Below are positions 50,452-60,201 of a DNA stretch of 64,000 bases, piece by piece (position 1 is the stretch's first letter; each line of letters starts with the position of its first letter). The DNA comes from Acinetobacter phage vB_ApiM_fHyAci03: the sequence record NC_049438.1. One strand, written 5' to 3'. A program made the position numbers and the translations under genes. Under the pieces are notes generated by a model. The model did no database searches. It was not told the origin of the DNA and was given only the letters and a program-made list of their open reading frames with translations.

Positions 50452-50485
50452 GAGAGCCGAAGCTCTCTTAATTTATTTGTTTGAA
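50452..50485 (-). terminator. Rho-independent terminator after gene 32 (minus strand reads AGAGAGC-TTCG-GCTCTCTTTTTTG)
   Basis: 7-bp stem with UUCG loop, plus a T-run on the transcribed minus strand. Confidence 0.65.
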
Positions 50486-51412
50486 TTAAAGGCCATTTAA
50501 TAAGTCATTTAATTCTGGATCTTCTGCTTTTACTTCAGACTGAACTGGTTCAGGAGCAGCCTGTGAAGTTGTATCGGTTGCAGCATATTGAGCCATTTGT
50601 TTTTCAAAATCGGCAAGTTCATTTGCTACTGCATCAGCATTTTTAGAAGCTTCAGCGGCTGCACCACCAAGAGCTGCTGTACCCATTACACGATTGAATG
50701 ATTCTAAGTTCTTTTCAAAACTGTTGAATTTATCTTTTGCAATGATTGAATCAATATCGAACATGTCTTCAATCAATTTTGCTTGATAAGCTTCATCATC
50801 AATGTTAGGAATAGGCGATTGTTTTTGGAACTTACAGTCATCATAGTTACTGAAGCCTGATACTTTCTTCACTTTCATAATGAAGTTAGCACCATCGTAA
50901 GGACAAGTAACATCAACTGGAATTTCGCCAATATCGGTATCGACTTCAACCATAGAATTGATTTTATCCATGATTTTTTGTCCGAAACGATATTTGAATA
51001 CTTTACCTTCATTTTCTGGGTGGGCTGGGTCTTTAATAACTAAGATATTAGACCAGAAAGAAGATTTACGTTTAAGTTTACCGTACAACGCATTGTCAGT
51101 GTTGTACAAATCATTTTCACTGATGTATTTACATACTGGACATTCATCGAATTTGCCATGTGTAGAAGTACAATTTTCGATGTACCATTTTGAACCGATT
51201 TTGAAGCCATGATTAATCAATTTGACAAATGGCATAGATTCAGGAGTTTTACCAGGCAAGAAACGAATTACTGCAGAACCATTGCCGGCGGTGTCGAGAG
51301 TTAATTTCCATTCACGACCATCTGCTTCATTAAAACTAGAACCACCTTTAAGTTCTTGTAATTGAGCAGCTAATTGAGATGGGTCACGACGAGTAAACAT
51401 TGCAGTTGACAT
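50486..51412 (-). CDS. 32: Single-stranded DNA-binding protein gp32
   Basis: 308 aa against T4 gp32 at 301 aa. Matches T4 as I recall it (…AGNG.AVIRFLP…NHGFK…KWYIE.C.STHG…NILV.KDPA.PENEGKVFKYRFG.KI.DKIN.M…TCP..GANF..KVK.VSGFSNYD). Acidic C-terminus. Confidence 0.9.
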   Translation of the reverse strand: MSTAMFTRRDPSQLAAQLQELKGGSSFNEADGREWKLTLDTAGNGSAVIRFLPGKTPESMPFVKLINHGFKIGSKWYIENCTSTHGKFDECPVCKYISENDLYNTDNALYGKLKRKSSFWSNILVIKDPAHPENEGKVFKYRFGQKIMDKINSMVEVDTDIGEIPVDVTCPYDGANFIMKVKKVSGFSNYDDCKFQKQSPIPNIDDEAYQAKLIEDMFDIDSIIAKDKFNSFEKNLESFNRVMGTAALGGAAAEASKNADAVANELADFEKQMAQYAATDTTSQAAPEPVQSEVKAEDPELNDLLNGL

Positions 51413-51541
51413 ATATTTTCCTTAAGATTAACAGTTGGCGATGTACCGTGTTTATTAAACTCTTATAAATTGTACACCTAAAATATAAGAGAGATTAACT
51501 TATATCAAATGATTTAAAGCAATTGATATAATTATTTATAC

Positions 51542-52192
51542 TCAAAATTTTGCAGCCTTTATTGCTGATATAAACTTCGCCTTACATTCATCTGAAGACA
51601 CAATGAAAATTTTTCTGTATGCTTTGAGGCGCACAGAATATGATGACCAGATGATGTTGTCATGTTTGTCGTGTTCCTCAATTATATTGAGGAAGCTATC
51701 AAGCATAACAAAGGTTTCAAAAGAAATAATTCCACTTTGAAGGAGTTTAAAAATATATGAAGATTGGATAGATTCATTATAAACAAAAATATCATTAAGC
51801 GTCTTCACATTTACCTTTTGTGAAAAATAATAAATGTTCTTGACGTCATCTTCATAACGTGTCATAACTGTTCGCAATCGAGCAAGATACGTTTTGTAAA
51901 AATTGACTGCATCGGAATCACTGATTTCTCCAATCCAAGCATCTTGGTTAGCTACTAAGTTACTTATGAAGATCAGACACAATTCCTTCAAAGTGAATTT
52001 TTCAGACAATTTCTCAAAAAAGAACTTGTCTTTCCTCTTGGTGTATGATGCATCAGAAACTTTCATACGCCAATTGGATTTAATTACACAACGTCTGCCA
52101 TTAAAATGGTTTTTCAGCTGGAGGTACAAGTTATATACGCTCTTTGCATCAATGCGAATGTTATTGTTTGGAGGCAACAACAACTTAACCAT
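51542..52192 (-). CDS. 59: Helicase loader gp59
   Basis: 216 aa against T4 gp59 at 217 aa. Matches T4 as I recall it (…KSVY.LYL…KYNW.M.VSDA.Y.KR.DK.FF.KLSEK..LKEL.LIFISNLVANQDAWIG.ISD.DA..FY…). Confidence 0.85.
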   Translation of the reverse strand: MVKLLLPPNNNIRIDAKSVYNLYLQLKNHFNGRRCVIKSNWRMKVSDASYTKRKDKFFFEKLSEKFTLKELCLIFISNLVANQDAWIGEISDSDAVNFYKTYLARLRTVMTRYEDDVKNIYYFSQKVNVKTLNDIFVYNESIQSSYIFKLLQSGIISFETFVMLDSFLNIIEEHDKHDNIIWSSYSVRLKAYRKIFIVSSDECKAKFISAIKAAKF

Positions 52193-52484
52193 ATAAGAAA
52201 TCTAATGTAGAGTACGTGTTTTGTTTAGCTATAGAAGGCTTTAACATGTTGTCTTCTAATGCCTCAGTCTTAAGGCGTTCAATAATAGTTTCAGGAATAT
52301 ACTTAGCAAACTGATTTTCAGGAATGCTTCGCTCTTCCATCCACCATGTTACTGCTTCAAGATATGTTAAACATTCAGTTCTAACAAGCTCTGCAATTTC
52401 ATGAGCAGTAGTTTGTTTGTCATAGGCTGCGGCAGATTTCTGTTGAAGAACATCCACTAATTCATTATTTTCTAAAGACTGCAT
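52185..52484 (-). CDS. 33: Putative late-transcription co-activator gp33, assigned by position
   Basis: 99 aa against T4 gp33 at 112 aa. Order 32-59-33-dsbA-rnh is conserved. Confidence 0.45.
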   Translation of the reverse strand: MQSLENNELVDVLQQKSAAAYDKQTTAHEIAELVRTECLTYLEAVTWWMEERSIPENQFAKYIPETIIERLKTEALEDNMLKPSIAKQNTYSTLDFLYG

Positions 52485-52731
52485 CGTACTTCTCTAATAA
52501 TTCTTCGTTTTCTGATTCAAGTTTTTCGCGTTCATCTTTGTGGAAGATTCGAAGCATTTGATTAAAATCTTTACCAGATACGCCGAGTTCTTCACATGCT
52601 GTTTTACGAATTTCACGAATGGCTTCATTTGCACCTTCGATGATTGCTTTATGATCCGAACACTGTTTAATGCAGTGTTTTAACTGTTCGCCGTGAATAG
52701 CTGCATTAAATTCAACTTTCTCTTTAGCCAT
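52465..52731 (-). CDS. dsbA: Putative dsDNA-binding late-transcription protein DsbA, assigned by position
   Basis: 88 aa against T4 DsbA at 89 aa. Charged helical protein. Confidence 0.45.
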   Translation of the reverse strand: MAKEKVEFNAAIHGEQLKHCIKQCSDHKAIIEGANEAIREIRKTACEELGVSGKDFNQMLRIFHKDEREKLESENEELLEKYDAVFRK

Positions 52732-52789
52732 TTCAATTACCTCTTAAGTATTTGGTATGAGTATATTTTAATATAAGAAACATAAAGCA

Positions 52790-53020
52790 TTAAACTTTAT
52801 GTTTCATTTCCATTTCTTGGCGGTGGCGACAGACATCAGGTGCTCTGCCATAAGGCGCGTCTTTAAAATGCTGGTACATGTCTTCCATAATAGGAAAATC
52901 ACGAGACATCCACTGGGTGTACTCATTAAAGTACGCACGATGTATCCACGCTCGTTTTAATTCATCTTCTAGGACCCACCAAGCAAAGCCATAGAATAAT
53001 TTCTTAACAAATTTTTTCAT
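52790..53020 (-). CDS. Hypothetical protein
   Basis: 76-aa ORF between dsbA and rnh. Confidence 0.35.
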   Translation of the reverse strand: MKKFVKKLFYGFAWWVLEDELKRAWIHRAYFNEYTQWMSRDFPIMEDMYQHFKDAPYGRAPDVCRHRQEMEMKHKV

Positions 53021-53027
53021 GTTTATC

Positions 53028-54110
53028 TCAGAACCCGTTAAGGTCCTTTAGCAATTTTGTCAATTGATTTTTGACAAGATATGGATAGATTTTGCCGCGA
53101 GGAGCAGGTTTGTATTCTTTATAATGATTGATGATAGATTCACGAATATCGTCTCGAATATAATCAAAATCGATTAAAATACGATTACGTTTGAAACGAT
53201 GGAATTGCAAATCTGCGATTTGCTTTGCCATTGCCATGGCATCAGTTCTATATTGTTCAAGAATTTCACCATCTTCATCTTCAATTTGAACACCTTGGAG
53301 TTTGAGTAATTTGTGACATTCAGCCACACCTGTTTTTTTATTTTTAGCCTTTTTCATGATTTCTTCGGTTAAAGCTTCATAAACTTCATCATCTGATTTG
53401 CCGACTAATTTTGTAACAAATGCTGCCGTTGTAGATGGAGTGCGTTCGTCTTCTTCATAATTTAACCAGAAGTCGCCACGAACTTTGATAGATGCTACAC
53501 AGTCTTTGCGATCGCCTTTGAGAACTTTTGTTAAACAATCTTCTTGTGGCGAGCCAGTTTTGACTTTAACAAATTTTTTCTGAATAGGAGAATATTGATC
53601 TACGTCTTCAAGTTTATGTAACTGTGTAAAGTCGCCATCTGATGAAATGATACGAACTTTATATCCTTGTTTTGATAAATAAGATGACAAGACTGCAATA
53701 CAATCATCGGCCTCACAATGACGAACATCAACTACAACCCAAGGCATGTTGTCTTTAAGTTCTTGAATTACAATACCAAGTGCATTGAAATAACCATCCC
53801 AGTCAAATGATTCTGCTTCCTTAGCTGCGTCACGTGCTATCGCACGGTTTCGTTTGTAATAATCTTCTTCTTGACGACGCCAATAGCCATAACGTGCATT
53901 ATCAATAGCGATAATAACATGGTCATACCCGTCAGATTTAAATTTCAGTGCATTATGTTTAATTGTCGACAAAACTAACTGTCGAACAATTGGAACAGTG
54001 AACTTCATACCTGGTTCATATGTAACTGCCACAGTGGCTAAAGCGATTTGTGACAAATCGATAAGTAAAGCACCTGGCTTATCCTCACCGTAAAAATGGT
54101 CTAAACTCAT
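53028..54110 (-). CDS. rnh: RNase H / 5'-3' flap exonuclease (Rnh), with a ~50-aa insertion relative to T4
   Basis: Matches T4 as I recall it (…IDFSQIAL…YWRR…ADD.IAVL…ISSDGDFTQLHK…KILKGD.KD.VAS.KVR.DFW…ERTPS…LIDFDYI…PPRGKIY.Y.VK…). The start was set at the MSLDHF… ATG at 54110, which aligns with the T4 N-terminus. Confidence 0.85.
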   Translation of the reverse strand: MSLDHFYGEDKPGALLIDLSQIALATVAVTYEPGMKFTVPIVRQLVLSTIKHNALKFKSDGYDHVIIAIDNARYGYWRRQEEDYYKRNRAIARDAAKEAESFDWDGYFNALGIVIQELKDNMPWVVVDVRHCEADDCIAVLSSYLSKQGYKVRIISSDGDFTQLHKLEDVDQYSPIQKKFVKVKTGSPQEDCLTKVLKGDRKDCVASIKVRGDFWLNYEEDERTPSTTAAFVTKLVGKSDDEVYEALTEEIMKKAKNKKTGVAECHKLLKLQGVQIEDEDGEILEQYRTDAMAMAKQIADLQFHRFKRNRILIDFDYIRDDIRESIINHYKEYKPAPRGKIYPYLVKNQLTKLLKDLNGF

Positions 54111-54145
54111 ACTACTATCCTTCTGATAAATCAAATACATCTAAT

Positions 54146-54235
54146 ACATCTAAAACATTCAAATTCAGTCTATTCCGACCAAAGAAATATAATTAGAGCG
54201 GTGAACCGGTAGAACCATTATAACATCAAAATTTT
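54146..54235. repeat. Copy B of the ~90-bp dispersed intergenic element (partner at 22953..23042). It also carries a 9-bp tandem duplication ATACATCTA x2.
   Basis: 49-nt core with one mismatch relative to copy A. Lies in the divergent rnh / gene 34 intergenic region. Confidence 0.8.
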
Positions 54236-54254
54236 GAGTTGTAAATGTTGCTTT

Positions 54255-54262
54255 AATTCAAG
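54255..54262 (+). promoter_or_regulatory. Possible MotA-box (TTGCTTTA) middle-promoter element upstream of gene 34
   Basis: TTGCTTTA, then a 12-nt spacer, then the A/T-rich -10 candidate TAATAAAT. Weak. Confidence 0.2.
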
Positions 54263-54335
54263 TGTTTAATAAATATACATAGAATCCAGAGCTCAGCTTT
54301 TAATAAATATATGATAAGATAACAAAGGAAATCGC

Positions 54336-57300
54336 ATGTCTGAAGTAAAAACAAGTTTCCGTGCGTCATACGGTCTAGACGCGGCTGGTGAGAAAGTAAT
54401 TAATGTTGCAAAGGCTGACAAAACTGTCATGACCGATGGTGTCAACGTCGAATATCTCATTCAGGAAAATACGACCCAACAATATGACCCAGAGCGTGCC
54501 TATGAAAAAGGATTCATTATAGAATTTAATGATCGTCTCTGGATTGCAGAACAAGACATCCCTAAACCTGCAGGTAGCTTCAATGAAGGGTACTGGCGCC
54601 CAGTACGTACAGACCCAAAGTGGAAGCCTATCGATTCTGGTAAATATCAGTTACATGTTGGTGATTATATCACTGTAGATACGCGTGCAGGATTAGCTGT
54701 AGAACTAACATTACCTACTAATCCTATACCGCAGGAAGGCGATACAATTGTTGTAAAGGATGTCGGCGGGCAACCAGGTTACACATCGGTGTTAGTCTTT
54801 GCACCTGTGCAGTCAATTATTGACAAAGGCGTAAGTATTCCACAAAAACGAATGACTATTCCATTTTCTGAATGGACATTTGTATACACAAAGAGCCAAT
54901 GGTCATTATATGATGGCGTAGAAGCTCCAGTAGCAAGAACTGTTACTACATCTGGTCCTACTCAAATCCAATCAGGCGATACGATTCTTAGAAACTATGA
55001 TAAAGTAGCTCCTATTGTATTGACTTTTCCTAAATTTGCCAACAATGGCGACATAATTCATTTTGTAGGCATGAATGAAAATACAGTGCCTTATTATCAC
55101 TTAGAGCTTAATGCATTTGATAGCAATACAAGTATTGGTTCTCCGGGTAAGTCATCGCAAATTTTCTATCGTTCGCTAAGCGGGTATTTCATTTTTAATA
55201 GCTTGACTTCAACTTGGTATTTGTACGATTCAGATATGACAAATCGTCTTAGAACTGTTAGTACTGATACTGAGATTTTCCCGAATGAAACTGTAGCAGT
55301 AGTAGGCAAAGATAATACCACTACACAGACTATTAAATTGACATTGCCACAAAACGTGCAACCTGGCGACCAGGTAACAATTTCATTAAATTATATTAGA
55401 AAGGGACAAACTGTTAACATCGTGCCTAAAGGCACCGATATGATTTTAACAAATCAAAATCTAACTCAGTTCCCTAAACGCTCAAGTTATCCACCTGCTG
55501 CCAATTGGGTTAACACTAATTTATTGTCATATAACGGTTCAAATGACTACCCGCCAGTATTAACATTTGCATACATTGATATGGGGCCTATCAAACAATG
55601 GCTGATGGTAAGTTGTTTGCCTGTATTAGAGCGTGTTGATCCGTCAACAGATGATACTCGTACTCGTTTAGGTGTTATTGCTTTAGCAAATCAATCTCAA
55701 GCAAACTTAGACAAAGAAAATATTTCGGTTACTGCAAATCCATTAGCACGAGAAGTCGCTATCACGCCGGAAACTCTTGCCAATAGGACCGCTTTGGACA
55801 GCCGTCGTGGAATCGCAAGAATCGCAAAACAAGAAGAAGTAAACTTAACTACAGATGATGCTGCATTAGCATATGATACTATTGTTACGCCTAAGACTCT
55901 TAATGGCAAAAAGGCTACAGAAACGATGGTAGGTTTGGCAGAAATTGCTACTCAAGCCGAAACCAATAGCAACACTGACGATTCTCGTATCATCACTTCT
56001 AAGAAATTAGATGGACGACGCGCAACACCTGCTTTAGCCGGAGTCGCTAAACTTGTTGCTACAGGTGGCACTGCGCCTGTTAAAGGAGGTACAAATACGC
56101 GTGATACTGCTGGAACTGGCATTTATAATCATGCAGACTTTGAGAACATTGTTACACCTAAAACATTGAGAGAATATTATTCTACAGAAATGGCATTAGG
56201 TACAGTGTATCTTGCAAATTCTGCTGAAGTTATTTCTGGTGCAGCTACATTAGCTAAATATCCATTAGCAGTAACTCCTGAAACTTTGCACACTAAGACC
56301 GCTACCGATGAGCGTATAGGCTTTTCACAAGTGGCTAAACAAGCCGAAGTTGATGCTGGAACAGATTATTTTAAATTTGTTACACCGAAAACTTTAGCAG
56401 GAAGAATTGCACGAGAAGACTTAGCAGGTATCGCAAAATTAGCAACCCAAGGCGAATTTGACGCTGGTACAGCTGGATTAATTTCAGGTCCAGATAAAAT
56501 TAAGACATTTTTCTCTCGCGCTGAAAGAACTATTGTCAATAATGCTGAAGGTTTAACACAATCTGGTAGCATTTGGACCGGGTTAAAGTTGAATATTCTT
56601 GCACCATCCGAGACCCAACGTGGTACAGCAAGATATGCTACGCAAGATGAAACAGATAAAGGTGTTGATGCCACAACAATTGTGACTCCTGCAAAATTAC
56701 ATGCTAAGAAAGCCACTACAGATGCAGAAGGTATTGTCAGAATGGCAAATACTGCTGAGACGGTAGATGGTACTGCATATAATTTAGCAGTATCGCCTGG
56801 CAATCTAAAATATGTTGTACAATCAGAATTGACATGGGAGGCCACACCTGAACGTAGAGGTTTCATTAAACTTTCTACGGGTTCGACAACATGGCAAGGC
56901 AACACAGTTGATGGTAATGCAAATATCGACATTGAAACTCAATTTAACAAAAATGGTATGGCTGTTTCGCCGTATGAGTTCAACCGTGTTTTAAGGAACT
57001 ATTTACCTATTGGCGCAAAAGCAGTTGATTCTGATAAATTAGATGGATTGGATTCATCACAGTTTATTCGTAGAGACATTGCCCAAGTTGTTAATGGCGC
57101 ATTAACACTGACACAGCCTACAACTGCAACATACATTACTGCTTCTAATGATGTATCAGTCCAAGCTCTTTTATCTGCTAATCAGATTAACGTACGAAAA
57201 TCTGGAACTCCTGATGATACGTCTGTTACAAAGAACGCTGGTATAAATTTGTATGGCGCTCCACAATCTGCTACAGGACGTCCGACCTATGGTATTCATT

Positions 57301-58280
57301 TTTCTAGTACCGGTGGCACAGACCCTAATGGGATACATGGCTATGGCGGCGGGACTTGGGGTACGTATTTTGCTCAAAGCATCTCTAGCGCAGCTGAACA
57401 ACGTGCATGGTACTTCCAGCAGATTTTTAACGGTGCAGTTAAAAACGTTGGCTCTATCACAGCGCAAGGCGATGTTTGGTTTGATGGTGTTATTAACAGT
57501 GATAAAACATTCAGACTTAAAAATAGCGTCATAGCTGAAAAGGATTCAGGCGATAATCTAATTTTCGGTACGACTGATCAGCAAATGTACCTTCGTTCTA
57601 AAGCAGCAGATATAAAGGTTCAAGAAGTAGTTGGTGGAACTTCTTATCAAGTTATTACATCTAAAAACTTTGTTGATGAAGGTAACAAAACTTATGTGAG
57701 AAAGACTGGCGATTCAATGACTGGGCGCCTCAATATTTCTCAACCTATAACTGCTACTATCAACCAATCTGCTGCGACACCAAATGCAGTTCCAAATGCC
57801 AGCAATTTTGGTACATGGACTATTGATATAACTGATCCTGCAATATATAATACTATGCGCCCATATGTTGTTGGAGTAAATGCAATCAATAAAGAGACAA
57901 GTGAAGTCTTGCCTTGGTTTGATAAGTACGAGGAGTTTAATGGGCCTGGTACATTGTCACAATTTGGATCTTCTGCTAGTAATGGTTCTGGTACATACCA
58001 AATCTGGGCGCCACGTCCGCCAGCAGATAAAGCGAATTTACCTGGGCATATTGCTGGCACAATGTGGACAAGACAGTGGAATCCTATTACAAATAAATGG
58101 GATGGCTGGGGCAGAGTATTCACAAATAACCATCCACCATTGCCTACAGACATTGGCGCTATGAGCAATAATGGTTCAGTTTTTGATTCTATGAGAATTA
58201 GAGATTGGATTCAAGTAGGTAATTTGAGAATTTATGCAGACCCATCTACAAAAACCGTTCGTTTTGATTGGATTGAATAA
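54336..58280 (+). CDS. 34: Long tail fibre proximal subunit gp34
   Basis: 1314 aa against T4 gp34 at 1289 aa. The N-terminus MSEVKTSFRASYGLDAAGEKVINVA…VNVEYLIQENT is T4-like. Confidence 0.9.
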   Translation: MSEVKTSFRASYGLDAAGEKVINVAKADKTVMTDGVNVEYLIQENTTQQYDPERAYEKGFIIEFNDRLWIAEQDIPKPAGSFNEGYWRPVRTDPKWKPIDSGKYQLHVGDYITVDTRAGLAVELTLPTNPIPQEGDTIVVKDVGGQPGYTSVLVFAPVQSIIDKGVSIPQKRMTIPFSEWTFVYTKSQWSLYDGVEAPVARTVTTSGPTQIQSGDTILRNYDKVAPIVLTFPKFANNGDIIHFVGMNENTVPYYHLELNAFDSNTSIGSPGKSSQIFYRSLSGYFIFNSLTSTWYLYDSDMTNRLRTVSTDTEIFPNETVAVVGKDNTTTQTIKLTLPQNVQPGDQVTISLNYIRKGQTVNIVPKGTDMILTNQNLTQFPKRSSYPPAANWVNTNLLSYNGSNDYPPVLTFAYIDMGPIKQWLMVSCLPVLERVDPSTDDTRTRLGVIALANQSQANLDKENISVTANPLAREVAITPETLANRTALDSRRGIARIAKQEEVNLTTDDAALAYDTIVTPKTLNGKKATETMVGLAEIATQAETNSNTDDSRIITSKKLDGRRATPALAGVAKLVATGGTAPVKGGTNTRDTAGTGIYNHADFENIVTPKTLREYYSTEMALGTVYLANSAEVISGAATLAKYPLAVTPETLHTKTATDERIGFSQVAKQAEVDAGTDYFKFVTPKTLAGRIAREDLAGIAKLATQGEFDAGTAGLISGPDKIKTFFSRAERTIVNNAEGLTQSGSIWTGLKLNILAPSETQRGTARYATQDETDKGVDATTIVTPAKLHAKKATTDAEGIVRMANTAETVDGTAYNLAVSPGNLKYVVQSELTWEATPERRGFIKLSTGSTTWQGNTVDGNANIDIETQFNKNGMAVSPYEFNRVLRNYLPIGAKAVDSDKLDGLDSSQFIRRDIAQVVNGALTLTQPTTATYITASNDVSVQALLSANQINVRKSGTPDDTSVTKNAGINLYGAPQSATGRPTYGIHFSSTGGTDPNGIHGYGGGTWGTYFAQSISSAAEQRAWYFQQIFNGAVKNVGSITAQGDVWFDGVINSDKTFRLKNSVIAEKDSGDNLIFGTTDQQMYLRSKAADIKVQEVVGGTSYQVITSKNFVDEGNKTYVRKTGDSMTGRLNISQPITATINQSAATPNAVPNASNFGTWTIDITDPAIYNTMRPYVVGVNAINKETSEVLPWFDKYEEFNGPGTLSQFGSSASNGSGTYQIWAPRPPADKANLPGHIAGTMWTRQWNPITNKWDGWGRVFTNNHPPLPTDIGAMSNNGSVFDSMRIRDWIQVGNLRIYADPSTKTVRFDWIE

Positions 58281-58289
58281 GGAGATAAT

Positions 58290-59420
58290 ATGGCAACTGC
58301 TACCTTTATGGCAGCATTCAATAAAGGCGTCGTAGAAAGCGACGTCTTTTCTGAAACAGATTCTGTCACATATAAATTAGATGTTGCTGGTGCCACAAAT
58401 TTTTCTGGGGCGCCATATCTAAAACGAAATGACATTAACATTGCAGGTACTGTTACTGATGGACTAAATCTAAGGGGAGTCAATAATCCAACCGACACAG
58501 GTGAAGTAAAATCATTTGTTTTGACTTCAACCGATTCGTCGGCCAATAGCTCCTTTATTCAATATATGAATACAGTAACGCACAAACTTATTGTTATTTT
58601 CTCTGGTAAAAATTTGCGTTCAACGCCTGCAGTTGATGCATGGTTTGCTTCTGTGGGCTCAGTGAATTGGCCGGGCTCATTTTTATGCAATAACTATTCT
58701 GCTGGTTATGTTGGATTTTATAATCCATCGATCAGGAAAATCGTTGCAGAAGCAATGATAACTTCTGATGGTGTTGAAAAAGGTTATGCAAATTATATTG
58801 CAGTGTATGACACATTTGATGACATCGGATCTTTAGGATTTCCATCTAGAGTAATATACGATACTGCTACATATGCGGCTAGCACCGGGTATGAATATAA
58901 ACGGTTTCCTACAGACAGTATAACAAATAAATTGTCTGATTACGGACTTCGACAAGGTTCAAATATTATGCTTCAAGCCGATTTAGTCCACTCTTCGCAA
59001 ATGGCTTCTGCAGGAATGAAAACTCGGATCAACTTACGTTGGCTTCAAGGAAGCACGATTAAAGATTCGAGCACTATACTTGAATCTGACGGAGTCAATT
59101 GGGTTAATAAAACTGCATATAGCAAAGTGCCAGCAGGTGCAGATGGATTTACTGTCGTTGTTTCTAGATTTCCAAGGAATGACACATTATCAGGAAATTC
59201 AATGGTACGAAATGTGGTTATGAGTGAAATAACTCGTGATGGAAGCAAATCGGGCTCTAACGCCGCAGTTGGTGTCAATGGTATTAAGGCCGGAGAATTC
59301 AAAGAAGCTCAAGTAGCCAATCATTTGATGGATCTTAAAATGGATGTTGATGCATTCAATAACATTGTGCCAGTTGTTGGTATCAAAGAAGGCGATTCCG
59401 GGACTCCACCACCGCCATGA
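58290..59420 (+). CDS. 35: Long tail fibre hinge connector gp35
   Basis: 376 aa against T4 gp35 at 372 aa. Position 34-35-36-37. Confidence 0.8.
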   Translation: MATATFMAAFNKGVVESDVFSETDSVTYKLDVAGATNFSGAPYLKRNDINIAGTVTDGLNLRGVNNPTDTGEVKSFVLTSTDSSANSSFIQYMNTVTHKLIVIFSGKNLRSTPAVDAWFASVGSVNWPGSFLCNNYSAGYVGFYNPSIRKIVAEAMITSDGVEKGYANYIAVYDTFDDIGSLGFPSRVIYDTATYAASTGYEYKRFPTDSITNKLSDYGLRQGSNIMLQADLVHSSQMASAGMKTRINLRWLQGSTIKDSSTILESDGVNWVNKTAYSKVPAGADGFTVVVSRFPRNDTLSGNSMVRNVVMSEITRDGSKSGSNAAVGVNGIKAGEFKEAQVANHLMDLKMDVDAFNNIVPVVGIKEGDSGTPPPP

Positions 59421-59423
59421 GTT

Positions 59424-59444
59424 AAGGACCGCAAGGTCCTTTTC
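59424..59444 (+). terminator. Terminator hairpin (AGGACC-GCAA-GGTCCTTTT) after gene 35
   Basis: 6-bp GC stem plus T-run, followed 4 nt later by a late promoter. Confidence 0.55.
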
Positions 59445-59447
59445 GCG

Positions 59448-59455
59448 TATAAATA
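59448..59455 (+). promoter_or_regulatory. Late promoter TATAAATA upstream of gene 36
   Basis: Exact consensus 20 nt upstream of the gp36 ATG at 59476. Confidence 0.5.
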
Positions 59456-59475
59456 TTGAAATAAGAGGACATACT

Positions 59476-60189
59476 ATGGCAGATTTAAAGGCCGGAACAA
59501 CTATTGGGGGTACACTTGTTTGGACTCAAGGTAACTTCCCGTTGTTCCCTACAGGCGACACACTTTTATACAAAACATACAAAGTCTATTCAGAAAAAGA
59601 TAAACCTCAAGCTATTGACAACGATTTTGTGTCAAAGGCCCAAGGAGGTACTTATAACTCGACAGTCGGTTTTAATAAAAATATTGTTTTACGAGCTGCC
59701 GGCGGCACATCAGGCAATTTGACATCTATTAATCTTTATGGAGACCTTGGCGATGGTGCTATGCCAACATATGGTTTTTATGTCGGAAGTACGGTTGATG
59801 CGTCAAACGGTAAACACGGCTCCGTGGTAGGTAACTGGGCGGTCTATAACGTTGCTACAAATGGCGGCTGGATTTTCAGAACACAAACAAAGAATGTTGC
59901 GTCTATTAATACTGAAGGAATCGGCTCATTTAATGCGGTTAATGTGGATTTGCAACCTACTGTAGACTCCCATGTTACTCGTAAAGATTATGTTGATCGC
60001 TTAATAAATACCGTTACGGATAACGCAAATAGTAAAGTTTCTAAGACAAATCCTAATGGCGATACAATGGTAGGCCCATTAACTGCTCCAAACTTTATTT
60101 CAACAAAGGTCGCTACTGCGCCAGCACAAGTTCCTCAATTAGGACAAGTTGTTCAACGGGGCGTAATTCTAGATTATGGAACATTTTAA
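59476..60189 (+). CDS. 36: Long tail fibre distal connector gp36
   Basis: The start was set at MADLKAGTTIGG, which matches T4 gp36 MADLKVGSTTGG. The track ORF from 59344 overlaps gp35. About 237 aa against T4 at 221 aa. Confidence 0.85.
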   Translation: MADLKAGTTIGGTLVWTQGNFPLFPTGDTLLYKTYKVYSEKDKPQAIDNDFVSKAQGGTYNSTVGFNKNIVLRAAGGTSGNLTSINLYGDLGDGAMPTYGFYVGSTVDASNGKHGSVVGNWAVYNVATNGGWIFRTQTKNVASINTEGIGSFNAVNVDLQPTVDSHVTRKDYVDRLINTVTDNANSKVSKTNPNGDTMVGPLTAPNFISTKVATAPAQVPQLGQVVQRGVILDYGTF

Positions 60190-60201
60190 GGAAATTATCA
60201 G

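Noticed and set aside
56366-56932. 188-aa minus-strand ORF inside gp34, and similar ORFs at 57740..58168, 58232..58546 and 61443..61958
   Set aside because: They lie antisense within the tail-fibre genes. The low-complexity Ser/Thr/Ala-rich translations mirror the fibre codon composition.
59344-59475. Upstream extension of gp36 from the ORF-track start
   Set aside because: It overlaps the gp35 3' end, the gp35 terminator and the gp36 late promoter. The T4-like N-terminus MADLK begins at 59476.
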